Assembly (NCBI RefSeq): GCF_000315625.1
Contig: NW_005434543.1
Span: 117,445-181,444, forward strand
Direction of reading: 5' to 3'
DNA from: Guillardia theta CCMP2712
Taxonomy: Eukaryota > Protista > Cryptophyta
Length of the DNA: 64,000 nucleotides
Shown here: positions 26,428 to 39,100 of the stretch, one piece after another
Numbering within the stretch: position 1 is the stretch's first letter
Layout: each line of letters starts with the position of its first letter
Notes under the pieces: model-generated
Database searches by the model: none
What the model saw: the letters and a program-made list of their open reading frames with translations, nothing else
What the model was told of the DNA's origin: nothing
Program-made: the position numbers and the translations under genes

Positions 26428-27085
26428 GTCTCATCATCTTCATCTCATCGTCTTCATCTCATCATCTTCATCTCATCATCTTCATCTCATCGTCTTCATC
26501 TCATCGTCTTCATCTCATCATCTTCATCTCATCATCTTCATCTCATCATCTTCATCTCATCGTCTTCATCTCATCGTCTTCATCTCATCATCTTCATCTC
26601 ATCATCTTCATCTCATCGTCTTCATCTCATCGTCTTCATCTCATCATCTTCATCTCATCGTCTTCATCTCATCGTCTTCATCTCATCATCTTCATCTCAT
26701 CGTCTTCATCTCATCATCTTCATCTCATCATCTTCATCTCATCGTCTTCATCTCATCATCGTCTTCATCTCATCATCTTCATCTCATCGTCTTCATCTCA
26801 TCGTCTTCATCTCATCATCTTCATCTCATCATCTTCATCTCATCATCTTCATCTCATCATCTTCATCTCATCGTCTTCATCTCATCATCTTCATCTCATC
26901 ATCTTCATCTCATCGTCTTCATCTCATCATCTTCATCTCATCATCTTCATCTCATCATCTTCATCTCATCATCTTCATCTCATCATCTTCATCTCATCAT
27001 CTTCATCTCATCATCTTCATCTCATCATCTTCATCTCATCATCTTCATCTCATCATCTTCATCTCATCATCTTCTTCATCTTCAT
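26428..27085. repeat. 14-bp tandem minisatellite (catcttcatctcat / cgtcttcatctcat), about 650 bp
   Basis: Directly visible; it produces 14-aa periodic pseudo-ORFs. Confidence 0.95.
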
Positions 27086-27139
27086 GGTCTACCTGCCGCT
27101 ATCAGCAAGATCAGTCGCTGCATCCTCTGTCGACGCCAC

Positions 27140-27835
27140 TCAACCTCACACGCATGCACCCCATTACTACCCCTCGTAATATCACCCCTACCCCCTTCAA
27201 AACAAATTCCCGTTTACCCACCCTCTTTCACCCTGACAAATCTCCATCAACGTACCCCATCTGCCGTAAGTGCTGAATGTCATACCCCTGATCCTGTAAC
27301 CCCCCACCCCACTTAAATCGCCAATTTCTAGTAAAGACCACTGGACAAGGGTAACCCCCACCCTCTCTGCTTCTCCACCCCCCTCCCCAGGGTCCGAGAG
27401 CAGGGGGTTGAAAGTACCCTGACCCCGTCCTGACCCCCTGGATTGAACTAAGATGCACCGGTACAAAGTCAGCGGTCACCCCTACCCATCTTTCATGGGT
27501 AAAATGACCACCCCCATCTACTAGGGGAAAATGTCGGACGATGAGATTCATTCAGGTGGGGGGGTGGGGTACATTGAAGAAAACTAAGAAATACCCGTAC
27601 CAATGGTTGCAATGGTCTAATAACCCCTTCTCTGCTATTCAAAAATGGTGGTAGGGGTAGTTACCCTACCACCACAAAGATGAGGACAAAAGTTTTTAGA
27701 ATGAAGGGGATGGGGTGGGTGGTGCAAGAAGGTCGTAACAAAAGCGCCTTCGCCTCAACCGTCGGGATCCACCCGGTGAGTGACCGGCCGGGCCCGGACT
27801 AGCGGCAAGTCCCGGGCCATGAGGGGTGGGGGATG
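27140..27835. promoter_or_regulatory. TACCC/GGGGT-rich island with a CCGG core (27770-27820) between divergent genes
   Basis: Composition, and position between the 5' ends of cysK and the gene starting at 28148. Confidence 0.4.
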
Positions 27836-27914
27836 AGGGGGGTTACTGCCAATGACGTCGCCTGTTCGTTGAGGGCGAGGCAGGGAGGACCGGGGGAGGG
27901 AGGGGGGGGAGGTC

Positions 27915-27973
<59 letters not shown>

Positions 27974-28147
27974 AGGGGAGCGAGAGCGAGAGGGGGGAGC
28001 AGGGTAGCAGGGGAGTCAGCAAGGGAGCAAGGGAGCAAGGGAATGACAACATGAGTCGAAGGAAGGGGACTGGCTGTCGCTCGAGCGCGAATGGGTCTGA
28101 CAGTTTGAGTCAGGTGGATGTAAAACTTGCACTCCACCTACAAGCTC

Positions 28148-29167
28148 ATGCCCAAGTATCGAGCTCTTTCTGCATTACTTTCTATCTCAACCACCTTGTT
28201 CGTTCTCGTTGGGATCGGTCGCTACTTCCGATGCAGCGTGAGATTTTTCAACCCCGTCTCGTGTCCTCCTCTCTCCTGTCTTCATGTCTTCTCCTTCCTA
28301 TCTTTTTCATTCCTCGTTCCTCCATCGCACCCACATCCTTCATATCCTCTGTTTCCCCCTCAACAACATCGTCCGTTCTCCTCCCCGAGTTACACTCCCG
28401 CTCACTCTTCTTTCTCCTTTCCTCACAGTGCCTTGTCTCTCCTACCCCTTCACCCTCTCACTATCTCCTCCTCCCACTCTCTGATGGCAGTGGCATGAGC
28501 TTAGAGTTTCGGCAGGGAGGAGGCTGCGAGAGCTCTGAGCTCTACTTTCGCCCGGAGACGAGGGTGTACGGAGCAGCGGGAGGTTTCTCGGCTAAGAAAG
28601 AGCGATACCCTGTCAGCAAGCATGCTCTGACTGAGTACCTGCGGCACCAGCCCAGGACCAACCTTGAGCGACTGGTTGCAAAGAAGGGAAGAGGCAGGGG
28701 AGGAGGAGCGAGGAATGTGGTATACGCGAACAAGGACAAGATGCTGTCAGCCATGTCGCAGTACCTCCAGCACCAGCCGCTGTCTACTATCAGGGAGGAG
28801 ATGCGGGGGAGAAACCTCAACGCTCCTCCCTCTCCTCGTCTCAAGTCGCTGCACGTGCGGGCACAGCAGCATCGCTCGCACATCGAGGAGATCGCACGGA
28901 GAATCCTTGGAGCTGCGCCAGCGAGGGAGGGAGAGGGCAGGAAGCGACCAGACGGAGGGCAGAGAGGCTCGTCGGGAGGAGGGAGGAGGGAGGGAAAAGG
29001 ACGTGTCGAAGGCCGTGCGGCTGCTTCCTATAAATAGAAAAGTTGGCGGATCTCACTGCGTATTTTCAAGCCGTAAATACAATGGCGGAGGAACTTTTCC
29101 GGGCTTTATTCAAATTTTGTTTCCCTGGTAAACCCCTTACGAATAGTCTTATGGTGGTCAAAAGACG
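28148..29167 (+). CDS. Hypothetical protein with an N-terminal TM/signal segment and an internal duplicated helix motif
   Basis: MPKYRALSALLSISTTLFVLVGIGRYFRCS|intron, then an exon with ALTEYLRHQPRTNLE and AMSQYLQHQPLSTIRE. Runs into an N gap. Confidence 0.45.
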
Positions 29168-29283
29168 NNNNNNNNNNNNNNNNNNNNNNNNNNNNNNNNN
29201 NNNNNNNNNNNNNNNNNNNNNNNNNNNNNNNNNNNNNNNNNNNNNNNNNNNNNNNNNNNNNNNNNNNTCTCAGGAACGGGACC

Positions 29284-30380
29284 ATGGAAGCTGCTCTGCG
29301 CGACTTGCTGGCGCGGGTTCGGGGAGACGCGGAGGGGCTGAGGAAGGTGGACCTGTCGATAGGAGGATGGTGGATGAAGGGAGCAGACGCCAAGGAGCTG
29401 CTGATGGCGCTGAGAAGCAACACGAGGGTGCAAGAGGTAAGACATGGTTCACCCTCCTGTCCATCTCCATCAACGGCAGCAGCGACAACGGCATCATCTC
29501 CATCATCTCCATCATCTCCATCATCATCATCTGCCTGCACTCGCTGATCTCTTGGCATTGCAGCTGAACTTTCACGGGAATCAGCTCGGGCAGGAGGGTA
29601 GCGAGCATGTGGCGGCATGCTTGCAGGTCAACCAGCATGTGACGCGGCTTAACATGGGAGGAAACAAGATCGGAGACGACGGGCTGCGAAAGCTCGCGAG
29701 CTGCTTCTCCTCCCCCTCCTTCTCCCTCCAGCACCTCCAGCTCTATTCCAACAACATCTCTGATGTGGGAGGACGCGAGTTGCTCGAGAGCCTACGGGGC
29801 AGCACCAGCCTGAGGTCCCTCGACCTCGCGGGGAACCTCCTCAGCTGCGACTGCCTGCTGGGCCCTGAGCTGGCCCTCCCCTCCCAGCTCACCAGCCTCT
29901 CGCTCGCTCACAACCTGCTGGCAGACGCAGGGGCCGAGGCGCTCGCGCGCTGCGCGCGCGAGAGCAGCAGCCTGACGAGGATCGACGTGAGCGGCAACTT
30001 CATGGGGGAGGAGGCGAGGGAAAGAATTCGCGTCCTCGTCGCCCACAACGTGAGGCTGAGAGACCTCAAGCGAGCGAGGGAGGAGGAGCGAGGGAGGGAG
30101 GCGGCTGCCTTGGAGAGACACGCGCAAGAGCTCGCGAGGCTGGAGGAGGAGCGAGAGAAGGAGGAGGAGGAGAGGAGGAAGACGTACGCCAAAGCTCAAG
30201 CTCTTGTTGACTCCCTGACACCTGACAACCTCGATGAATGCGACGAGCTGCACAGGTGCAACCAAAATCTGTTTGGATTTCATCACCTCAATCATCATTG
30301 TCATCATTGTCATCTCCATCATCATTGTCATCATCATCCCCATCATCATCATCTTCTTCTTCTTCTCCTCCATCATCACT

Positions 30381-30413
<33 letters not shown>

Positions 30414-30526
30414 TTCTTCTTCTTCTCCTTCATCATCATCATCATCATCATCATCATTTCCATCATCTCCATCATCATCTTCTTCGTCTCCTTCATGATC
30501 ATCATCATTATCTTCTTCTCCTCCTC

Positions 30527-30566
<40 letters not shown>

Positions 30567-31763
30567 TCCATCATCATCATCTCCATCATCATCATCATCA
30601 TCATCATCATTAACCACCACCGCAACCACCATGTCATGTGTCGTCTCACTCTTTTCTCTGCGAGGTTTGCTTGCGAGGGTTCCTCCGCCTCTTCTGCTCT
30701 CGTTGCCGCTGGCGTCATCCCCGTCATCGTCGACCTCCTTGCGCGTCTCGACCTGCAAGTCGTGACTCCCTCCCTCCTCTCCCTCGTCCGTCGACATCTC
30801 CTCCTCCTCCTCCTCCTCGCCCAGCAGAGTCCCGACTACCGCGAGCAGATGGTCGACAACATGCTCATGCTCCCGCTGCTCTCGCTGCTCGACCCCGCCA
30901 TCCTCGATCGCGTCGTCTTTCCTCCCCCTGCAGCTCATGCTTTTCTCCCTCCTCCTCCCCTCCTCCTCCAGCAGAGGAGCGTACGGATGCAGTGGGTCAG
31001 CATGACCGTCGCTTCCCTGCAGCTCGTCCTCCTCCTCCTCATCTCGCGTCCTCTCTTTGCTGTCCGCGCAGCCCTGGCTGGCGGTCTGCTGGACGTCTGC
31101 TGCCAGCTGCTGCAGGAGGAGGAGCTTCGCGAGCTGGACGTTGGGAGGGAGCTGCTCCGGGAGAGCACGCGCACCATCTGCTTCCTCGCGCAGTTCGTCG
31201 TCTCCTCGCACAGGATGCGAGCTCCGATCGCGGTGCTGCTCTTCCTCCTTGACCTCCAGGACGAGAAGCGACAGGAGGCAGCGGTCGATACCCTCAGCTC
31301 CATCTTCACTCAGCCGCTCGTCACCCTGAGATCCTTTCGGTCCCCGTCTGCTAAGGAGGAGGAGGAGGAGGAGGAGGAGGAGGAGGAGGAGGAGGAGCTC
31401 ACTCCAGCAGAAGCCAGGAGGTCACTGCTGCAGGATCTGGTGGAGGAGGACGGCATTGAGGTTGGCCGAGGATGAGCACGATAATTCCATCCTGATGCTG
31501 ATGCAGAGGATGCTGATGGCGCTGATGAGCAGCGAAGCAGCGAAGCTGGAAGAGAAGCTGACGCGCCTGCTGCTGGCGGTGAATGTGCTCGACTCTCCTT
31601 CTTCCTCTCACGTCTTGTGCAGCTAGTTGAAGAGGAGGAGGTCGTGGAGAGGATGTTGAAATTCGAGGTAATGTGAGGAGAAGAAGAGGCGTGAGGGCCT
31701 GAGCAGCGATGGGATTGGAGCAGGAGGAGGAGGAGGAGGAGGAGTAGAAGGTTTAGGAGCGGA

Positions 31764-31794
<31 letters not shown>

Positions 31795-31932
31795 AGTGGG
31801 AGGGCGAGGGGACTTGGGGAGGGGGATTCGTCTCTTTTGGTCTTACAGTGAGCAGGGAAGAACGTTGTGTTCAGCCTCACGCAACTTCTGCTCTCGTCAG
31901 CCACTAGCGACGCCAAAGCCAACGCCCTGGTG
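29284..31932 (+). CDS. RI-like leucine-rich-repeat protein with coiled coil and C-terminal ARM/HEAT-like helices; multi-exon, truncated by an N gap
   Basis: LRR units: LNFHGNQLGQEGSEHVAACL, LNMGGNKIGDDGLRKLA, LQLYSNNISDVGGRELLESL, LSLAHNLLADAGAEALA. Later helices: LVAAGVIPVIVDLL, LAGGLLDVCCQLL. Confidence 0.75.
30280..30630. repeat. (CAT/CTT)n low-complexity intron
   Basis: Lies within the intron cag|gtgcaa (about 30255) ... tgcgag| (about 30664). Confidence 0.9.
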
Positions 31933-33159
31933 NNNNNNNNNNNNNNNNNNNNNNNNNNNNNNNNNNNNNNNNNNNNNNNNNNNNNNNNNNNNNNNNNNNN
32001 NNNNNNNNNNNNNNNNNNNNNNNNNNNNNNNNNNNNNNNNNNNNNNNNNNNNNNNNNNNNNNNNNNNNNNNNNNNNNNNNNNNNNNNNNNNNNNNNNNNN
32101 NNNNNNNNNNNNNNNNNNNNNNNNNNNNNNNNNNNNNNNNNNNNNNNNNNNNNNNNNNNNNNNNNNNNNNNNNNNNNNNNNNNNNNNNNNNNNNNNNNNN
32201 NNNNNNNNNNNNNNNNNNNNNNNNNNNNNNNNNNNNNNNNNNNNNNNNNNNNNNNNNNNNNNNNNNNNNNNNNNNNNNNNNNNNNNNNNNNNNNNNNNNN
32301 NNNNNNNNNNNNNNNNNNNNNNNNNNNNNNNNNNNNNNNNNNNNNNNNNNNNNNNNNNNNNNNNNNNNNNNNNNNNNNNNNNNNNNNNNNNNNNNNNNNN
32401 NNNNNNNNNNNNNNNNNNNNNNNNNNNNNNNNNNNNNNNNNNNNNNNNNNNNNNNNNNNNNNNNNNNNNNNNNNNNNNNNNNNNNNNNNNNNNNNNNNNN
32501 NNNNNNNNNNNNNNNNNNNNNNNNNNNNNNNNNNNNNNNNNNNNNNNNNNNNNNNNNNNNNNNNNNNNNNNNNNNNNNNNNNNNNNNNNNNNNNNNNNNN
32601 NNNNNNNNNNNNNNNNNNNNNNNNNNNNNNNNNNNNNNNNNNNNNNNNNNNNNNNNNNNNNNNNNNNNNNNNNNNNNNNNNNNNNNNNNNNNNNNNNNNN
32701 NNNNNNNNNNNNNNNNNNNNNNNNNNNNNNNNNNNNNNNNNNNNNNNNNNNNNNNNNNNNNNNNNNNNNNNNNNNNNNNNTCCCATTCAGTAGCCGTCCC
32801 TCGGGCAAGCGTCAAAAAATCTCTGAGCCAAAATGAAGGCAAGAAAGCCACGGACTCCCCCTCCCCCCCTCCCTTTCCTCCCTCCTCCTCCTCCTCCTCC
32901 TCCTCCTTCTCCTCCTTCTCCTCCTTCTCCTCCTCTCCTTCTCCTCCTCCTCCTTCTCTCCATCCTTCATCGTCATGAGCTGTACAGTTAACTCTCATGC
33001 AGAAGAAGCAAACGACATGAGCTTGACTGAAACAAAGAAACTTCTTCATCATCAATATACGATCATCTCTTGAAACCATTGAATGTAGAAAACCTCATCT
33101 CTCAGTGTAGGGGCGCCAACGTCTCCAACCTCAATACCGAGGCGATAAGAGTTTGACTC

Positions 33160-36100
33160 GCTCTGACCCCTACGTCGGTAGCTCAGCCAACCTCACCATC
33201 CACCTATGTCGCAGACCTTTTTCCCTCTGTTCGAGTCTTGGCCTACGCTGACAACGTTGTCATTCGAGGATGCCATTGCAGCTACCTCAGCTCCGCTCCA
33301 TCTGGTATCTGGCGGACATCATCGCTAAGCGCTCGTTGCCTCTTGAAGTTGCCTCAAGCGGCATCGAGCGCTGAGCAAAAGTGGAGGGTGTCAGGATGCA
33401 GGGTACCGTCCGTCGAGATGGCAAGAGGGATGAACGCTCGAGGAGGAGTAGTCATGGCATATGCAGCGCGATGTTTGCGAATGTTCTCCAACACTGCTGC
33501 AACATGGAGGGCGTCGAGGTTGACCTCCCCCCACCTTGTCAGGTTGGCAGAGCTACCAATGTAAGGGTGGACCAACGTCACATCCGCCATCAAGCCCTCG
33601 TACTGCTCGGACCCTCGATCGCGGATTCCAGGGATGTGGATATCGCCCTTCCGACTCCGATGGGGGAAACCCTTCGAGTGGCGCCGACGATCGGCGCGGA
33701 GCTGGGCGAAGCATCTCCGTCCCTCACTGTGACGTCGGGTGCCTCCGGAGAGCTCGACACCCCTGGGGTGCTTGCTGCTGGTCCGAGCTCGCCTGCTTCC
33801 TCCCCGGATCGGTCGGGTCACGCCGGTCCTTGGGCATTGCCGCGGCGTCGCCGCCGTCACGGGCGGTTATCGGAAGCTAACGAGGAGGACTACCTCGAGC
33901 GGTACCNNNNNNNNNNNNNNNNNNNNNNNNNNNNNNNNNNNNNNNNNNNNNNNNNNNNNNNNNNNNNNNNNNNNNNNNNNNNNNNNNNNNNNNNNNNNNN
34001 NNNNNNAGCAAACAAAGCAGGAACAAGCTGAACCGGCAGGAGGCACTTTTTACCTTCTGCCAGTAAATCCTATGTCAGGTTTAGCTTGTTCCTGCTTTGT
34101 TTTGCTTGAGGCACTTTTTACCTTCTGCCAGTAAATCCATTTTTGTTCTTTTTGCGGCCATGAGGATGGGATGGGAGGGTACCTGCCGTCGAGACTGAGG
34201 ATGTCGATGACGCTCTGAAGACCAGCTTCGTTCAGCCTGCGACTTGAGCGAGTGTGTCCTGCGGCTGTGCAAGGTGAGGATATCACGCTGCTGATCGGTC
34301 AGCGCAGCGCGAGCATGCACATAGCAGTCGAGCATCTGAGCATAGCGGTGCGGGAGCATAGGATTTACTGGTAGAAGGTAAAAAGTGCCTCAAGCAAAAT
34401 AAAGCAGGAACAAGCTGAACCGGCAGGTACACAGTCCACAGCGAGAAGCTGCACAAACACACACAAAACACAAGCCCGAAAAGAACCAGCACTGCTGGCA
34501 CCCAGACGCGGCATCGCCAGCCCAAGCGAGAAGCCGCGCAGACAAGCAGCCTAAGGGTCAAGCAATCAAGCAACAAGCAGCAGGAGCACGCAGGAGGAAT
34601 AACATCCCTTAGACGCGATACCCGGAGGCAGCCGACTGACCACTGTCAGTCGAGACGTCCGCTGCCGCCACAAAGCGGGCGGCCGCGGACGGAGAAAGGG
34701 CAGCCGCCGACAAGGAGCCGGCGCTGCCCGGGGGTCCGCCTGGGGCAGCGGACGGAGGGAGGCTGGACACATGAACACGGTACCGCTCGAGGTAGTCCTC
34801 CTCGCTAGCCTCCGAGTCAGCGGTAGCCGAGTCAGTGGTAGCCGCCCGTGACGGCGGCGACGCCGCGGCAATGCCCAAGGACCGGCGTGACCCGACCGAT
34901 GCCGGGGAGGAAGCAGGCGAGCTCGGACCAGCAGCAAGCACCCCAGTGGTGTCGAGCTCTCCGGAGGCACCCGACGTCACAGTGAGGGACGGAGACGCCT
35001 CGCCAGCTCCGAACTCGAAGGGTGTCCCCCATCGGAGTCGGAGACCTCCGGCGAAGACTCCTCGGGCGACTCGACAAAGTCCGAGGAGGAGCTGTCCTCT
35101 GGCTCGAGAAGTGCTTGCGCCCGCAAGGGCGTCATGCGCCTCGCACCAGACAAGAGCGCTTCCAGCGTCAGCTGCATGGTGAGGCGCTGATAGGTGGCGG
35201 CGCGTTTGCGAGCCAAGACCTCAGCAGCAGGGCCGTCATCAGGCACGAAGTGCCGACCAAACGCCGCATCCTCAAGAACTGGTATAGGATTTACTGGCAG
35301 AAGCATTGAGCGCTGAGCAATGATGTCCGCGAGATACCAGATGAAGCGGAGGGATATAGGATTTACTGGCAGAAGATAAAAAGTGCCTCAAGAAAAACAA
35401 AGCAGGAACAAGCTGGACCGGCAGGTACACAGTCCACAGCGAGAAGCTGCACAAACACACACAAAACACAAGCCCGAAAAGAACCAGCACTGCTGGCACC
35501 CAGACGCGGCATCGCCAGCCCAAGCGCGAAGCCGCGCAGACAAGCAGCCTAAGGGTCAAGCAATGGGTGTCAGGATGCAGGGTACCGTCCGTCGAGAAAT
35601 GGTAAGAGGGACGCTCGAGGAGGAGTAGTCATGGCATATGCAGCGCGATGTTTGCGAATCTTCTCAGACGCTGCAACATGGAGGGCGTCGAGGTTGACCT
35701 CCCCCCACTTGGTCAGGTCGGCAGAGCTACCAATGTAAGGAATAGGATTTACTGGCAGAAGGTAAAAAGTGCCTCAAGCAAAATAAAGCAGGAACAAGCT
35801 GAACCGGCAGGCACACAGTCCACAGCGAGAAGCTGCACAATCACACACAAAACACAAGCCCGAAAAGAACCAGCACTGCTGGCACCCAGACGCGGCAGCG
35901 CCAGCCCAAGCGCGAAGCCGCGCAGACAAGCAGCCTAAGGGTCAAGCAATCAAGCAACAAGCAGCAGGAGCATGCAGGAGGAATAAAATCCCTTAGACGC
36001 GATACCCGGAGGCAGCCGACTGACCACTGTCAGTCGAGACGTCCGCTGCCGCCACAAAGCGGGCGGCCGCGGACGGAGAAAGGGCAGCCGCCGACAAGGA

Positions 36101-39100
36101 GCCGGCGCTGCCCAGGGGTCCGCCTGGGGCAGCGGACGGAGGGAGGCTGGACACAGGAACACGGTACCGCTCGAGGTAGTCCTCCTCGCTAGCCTCCGAG
36201 TCAGCGGTAGCCGAGTCAGTGGTAGCCGCCCGTGACGGCGGCGACGCCGCGGCAATGCCCAAGGACCGGCGTGACCCGACCGATGCCGGGGAGGAAGCAG
36301 GCGAGCTCGGACCAGCAGCAAGCACCCCAGTGGTGTCGAGCTCTCCGGAGGCACCCGACGTCACAGTTCACAGTGAGGGACGGAGACGCCTCGCCAGCTC
36401 CGCGCCGATCGTCGGCGCCACTCGAAGGGTTTCCCCCATCGGAGTCGGAGACCTCCGGCAAAGACTCCTCGGGCGACTCGACAAAGTCCGAGGAGGAGCT
36501 GTCCTCTGGCTCGAGAAGTGCTTGCGCCCGCAAGGGCGTCATGCGCCTCGCACCAGACAAGAGCGCTTCCAGCGTCAGCTGCATGGTGAGGCGCTGATAG
36601 GTGGCGGCGCGTTTGCGAGCCAAGATTCTCAGCAGCAGGTCCGTCATCATGGCAGGCACGAAGTGCCGACCAAACGCCGCATCCTCAAGAGGCATTGAGC
36701 GCTGAGCAATGATGTCCGCGAGATACCAGATGAAGCGGAGGGTGTCAGGATGCAGAGTACCGTCCGTCGAGATGGCAAGAGGGATGAACGCTCGAGGAGG
36801 AGTAGTCATGGCATATGCAGCGCGATGTTTGCGAATCTTCTCAGACGCTGCAACATGGAGGGCGTCGAGGTTGACCTCCCCCCACTTGGTCAGGTCGGCA
36901 GAGCTACCAATGTAAGGGTGGACCAACGTCACGTCCGCCATCAAGCCCTCGTACTGCTCGGACCCTCGATCGCGGATTCCAGGGATGTGGATATCGCCCT
37001 TCATCTTGCGGCCATGAGGATGGGAGGGTACCTGCCGTCGAGAACGAGGATCCCCGACTGTATCGATGACGCTCTGAAGACCAGCTTCGTTCAGCATCGA
37101 CCGAATCGTACGAGTAAGGTTGTCATGCGCCGTGGGAAGCTTGGAGGATCGGCGTTTGCAGGTCTGGAGATGATGTGCAGCAACGGAGGGATCGAGCTCG
37201 CGCTGACATCCATCACATTCCGTCGGACACTGGCAGATCGGCATGCCATGGAGATAGCAGTCGAGCATCTGAGCATAGCGGTGCGGGAAGGCCTTGAGGG
37301 GGTAGTAGCTCGAGACTCGCATCGGAGAGTGGCTCAGGTCACGCTCAGGAAAATGAGCGAAGATGGTAGACTGCAAGACCCTATCCTGCGACTTGAGCGA
37401 GTGTGTCCTGCGGCTGTGCAAGGTGAGGATATCACGCTGCTGATCGGTCAGCGCAGCGCGAGCATGCACATGGCGAGGGAAGACGCGCATGACAAGAGGG
37501 GTCACATTTCGCTGCGCAGGGGGAGGAATGAAGTGCTCATGAGACGAGTCGACGAGAGCGCGCAAACCAGGGATGTGTACCACAGATGCCGGGGGGCGTC
37601 CTGCGTCATCAGGCACAGCAGCCGGGGCAGGTGGGATCGCCGCGCCATCTGCAGCCGGTGCAGGAGCCTTGACACGACGGTAGAGGATCGCTCCAGCATT
37701 ATGAACGAAGTCGTGCGCCTCAACGAAGAAGGTCGCCAGAGGATGCTTCTGGGCACGGAGAGATCTCGAGCAGTGAACGTCCAGGCTATGAGGAGAGGGC
37801 AAGGTCCGGGACATGGGCTGGTCAGAGTACCAAGCGAGGAAGCGAGCGATAGCCGTATAGTAAACAGCGGGGTGTAGACCCTCAGAGGGCGTGAACTCAT
37901 CCCCTCCCCGACTATGCGGAAGCTCCCGCTTGAACCTCGCAAACTCTAGCAGGTCGGGATGCGCGGCGAGGTACTGCGAGGAAGGCCAGCGGTGGTATTT
38001 CTCAAGCGCCAGGTGGACAGAGAGGTTAAAGCGACGAATCTGTGATTGGACCCGCGGGAGAAACGGAGATGACCCCTGGAGGAAGAAGCGCAGCTTCTGG
38101 AGATGGCTCGCCCTCACCAGCGTCTTGAACATGAAGCCGCATGCTGGACGAGCCCGAGCTTTGAGAGCTCTTCGTTGAGGGTAGAAACCTTCGCTCGGAG
38201 CTGACTAGCATGAAATCCATCCGTGCCGATAGGCAGGCCGCCAAGTGTAATCCCGCCAGTGACGACCTCGAAGTGAAGAAGTTGAGTCTTGAGACGGCGC
38301 TTAAGGCTCTTCTTCAGCTGCGAGAGATCAGGGTGTTGATGCCAGGAGGGGGCATAGGATTTAGGGGATGTAAACTTTCGACTCGCGAGGTTGAATCTCT
38401 AGCTTCAGATCAGCCACCACTGGCATGTACTTCTTCATAGCGGACGTAGCTGCAACGGCATCCTCGAGTGGACCGACAAGCACGACGTTGTCAGCATAGG
38501 CCAAGACTCGAACAGAGGGAAAAAGCTCTGCGATATGGAGGAGCAGGGGGTGGATACTGTGGCAGAAAAACACGCTGGAGGGGACATCGCCCTGACAGAC
38601 GCCCGAGGTACACTGAACGGAGGCTGACTGACTTTTGTGAAAGAGTCGAAGGTCAGCAGAGTCTCCATAGTAGCTGGAGAGGTAGGAGGCGAACAAACGG
38701 AGATGCTCGCAAGAGGGCAAGCTTGCGCCTTCAGTGATGCTCCCATCAAAGTAGTCGCGACTCGCACGTCCCTCGATTGCATCGAAGAGAGCCTGGCGGT
38801 CGCCTGAGGGAGTTGAAGGCGTTCTTTGCATCCAAACTCACCAGCACTGTGGGGTTGGCAACCGTGAACATCCTCATCATCACCGCGAGCGTGAAGGGGC
38901 AGGAGCGCTGACGCGGTTTGCGAGAACTTCAGACAGCCGTCTCGATCGAGCCCGAACTGAATCGCTCGAGGGTGAGACGAGAGGAAGTGCTGGTCAAGAA
39001 ATGAGCGAATCGCTGCCAAAGCAAGCTTCGTCGCGAGTCGACGGTGTGCAGAACCGATGCCAGACAATTGGCCGGAGACCAGGTTTATCAGCTCCCTTGG

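Noticed and set aside
26230-27316. Long His/Ser/Ile-rich ORFs
   Set aside because: These are translations of a 14-bp minisatellite.
29792-30727. Poly-Met, poly-His, poly-Ile and poly-Asp ORFs (also 53825-54235 and 13887-14129)
   Set aside because: These are intronic (CAT/GAT)n microsatellites.
31796-33079. ORFs spanning N runs (also near 2.9-3.3, 9.4, 29.2, 33.9, 49.0-49.5 and 63.0 kb)
   Set aside because: Assembly-gap artefacts.
33172-33200. ggtagctcag resembling a tRNA D-arm
   Set aside because: It is a retrotransposon fragment (PYVGSSANLT). No T-arm or acceptor stem is visible.
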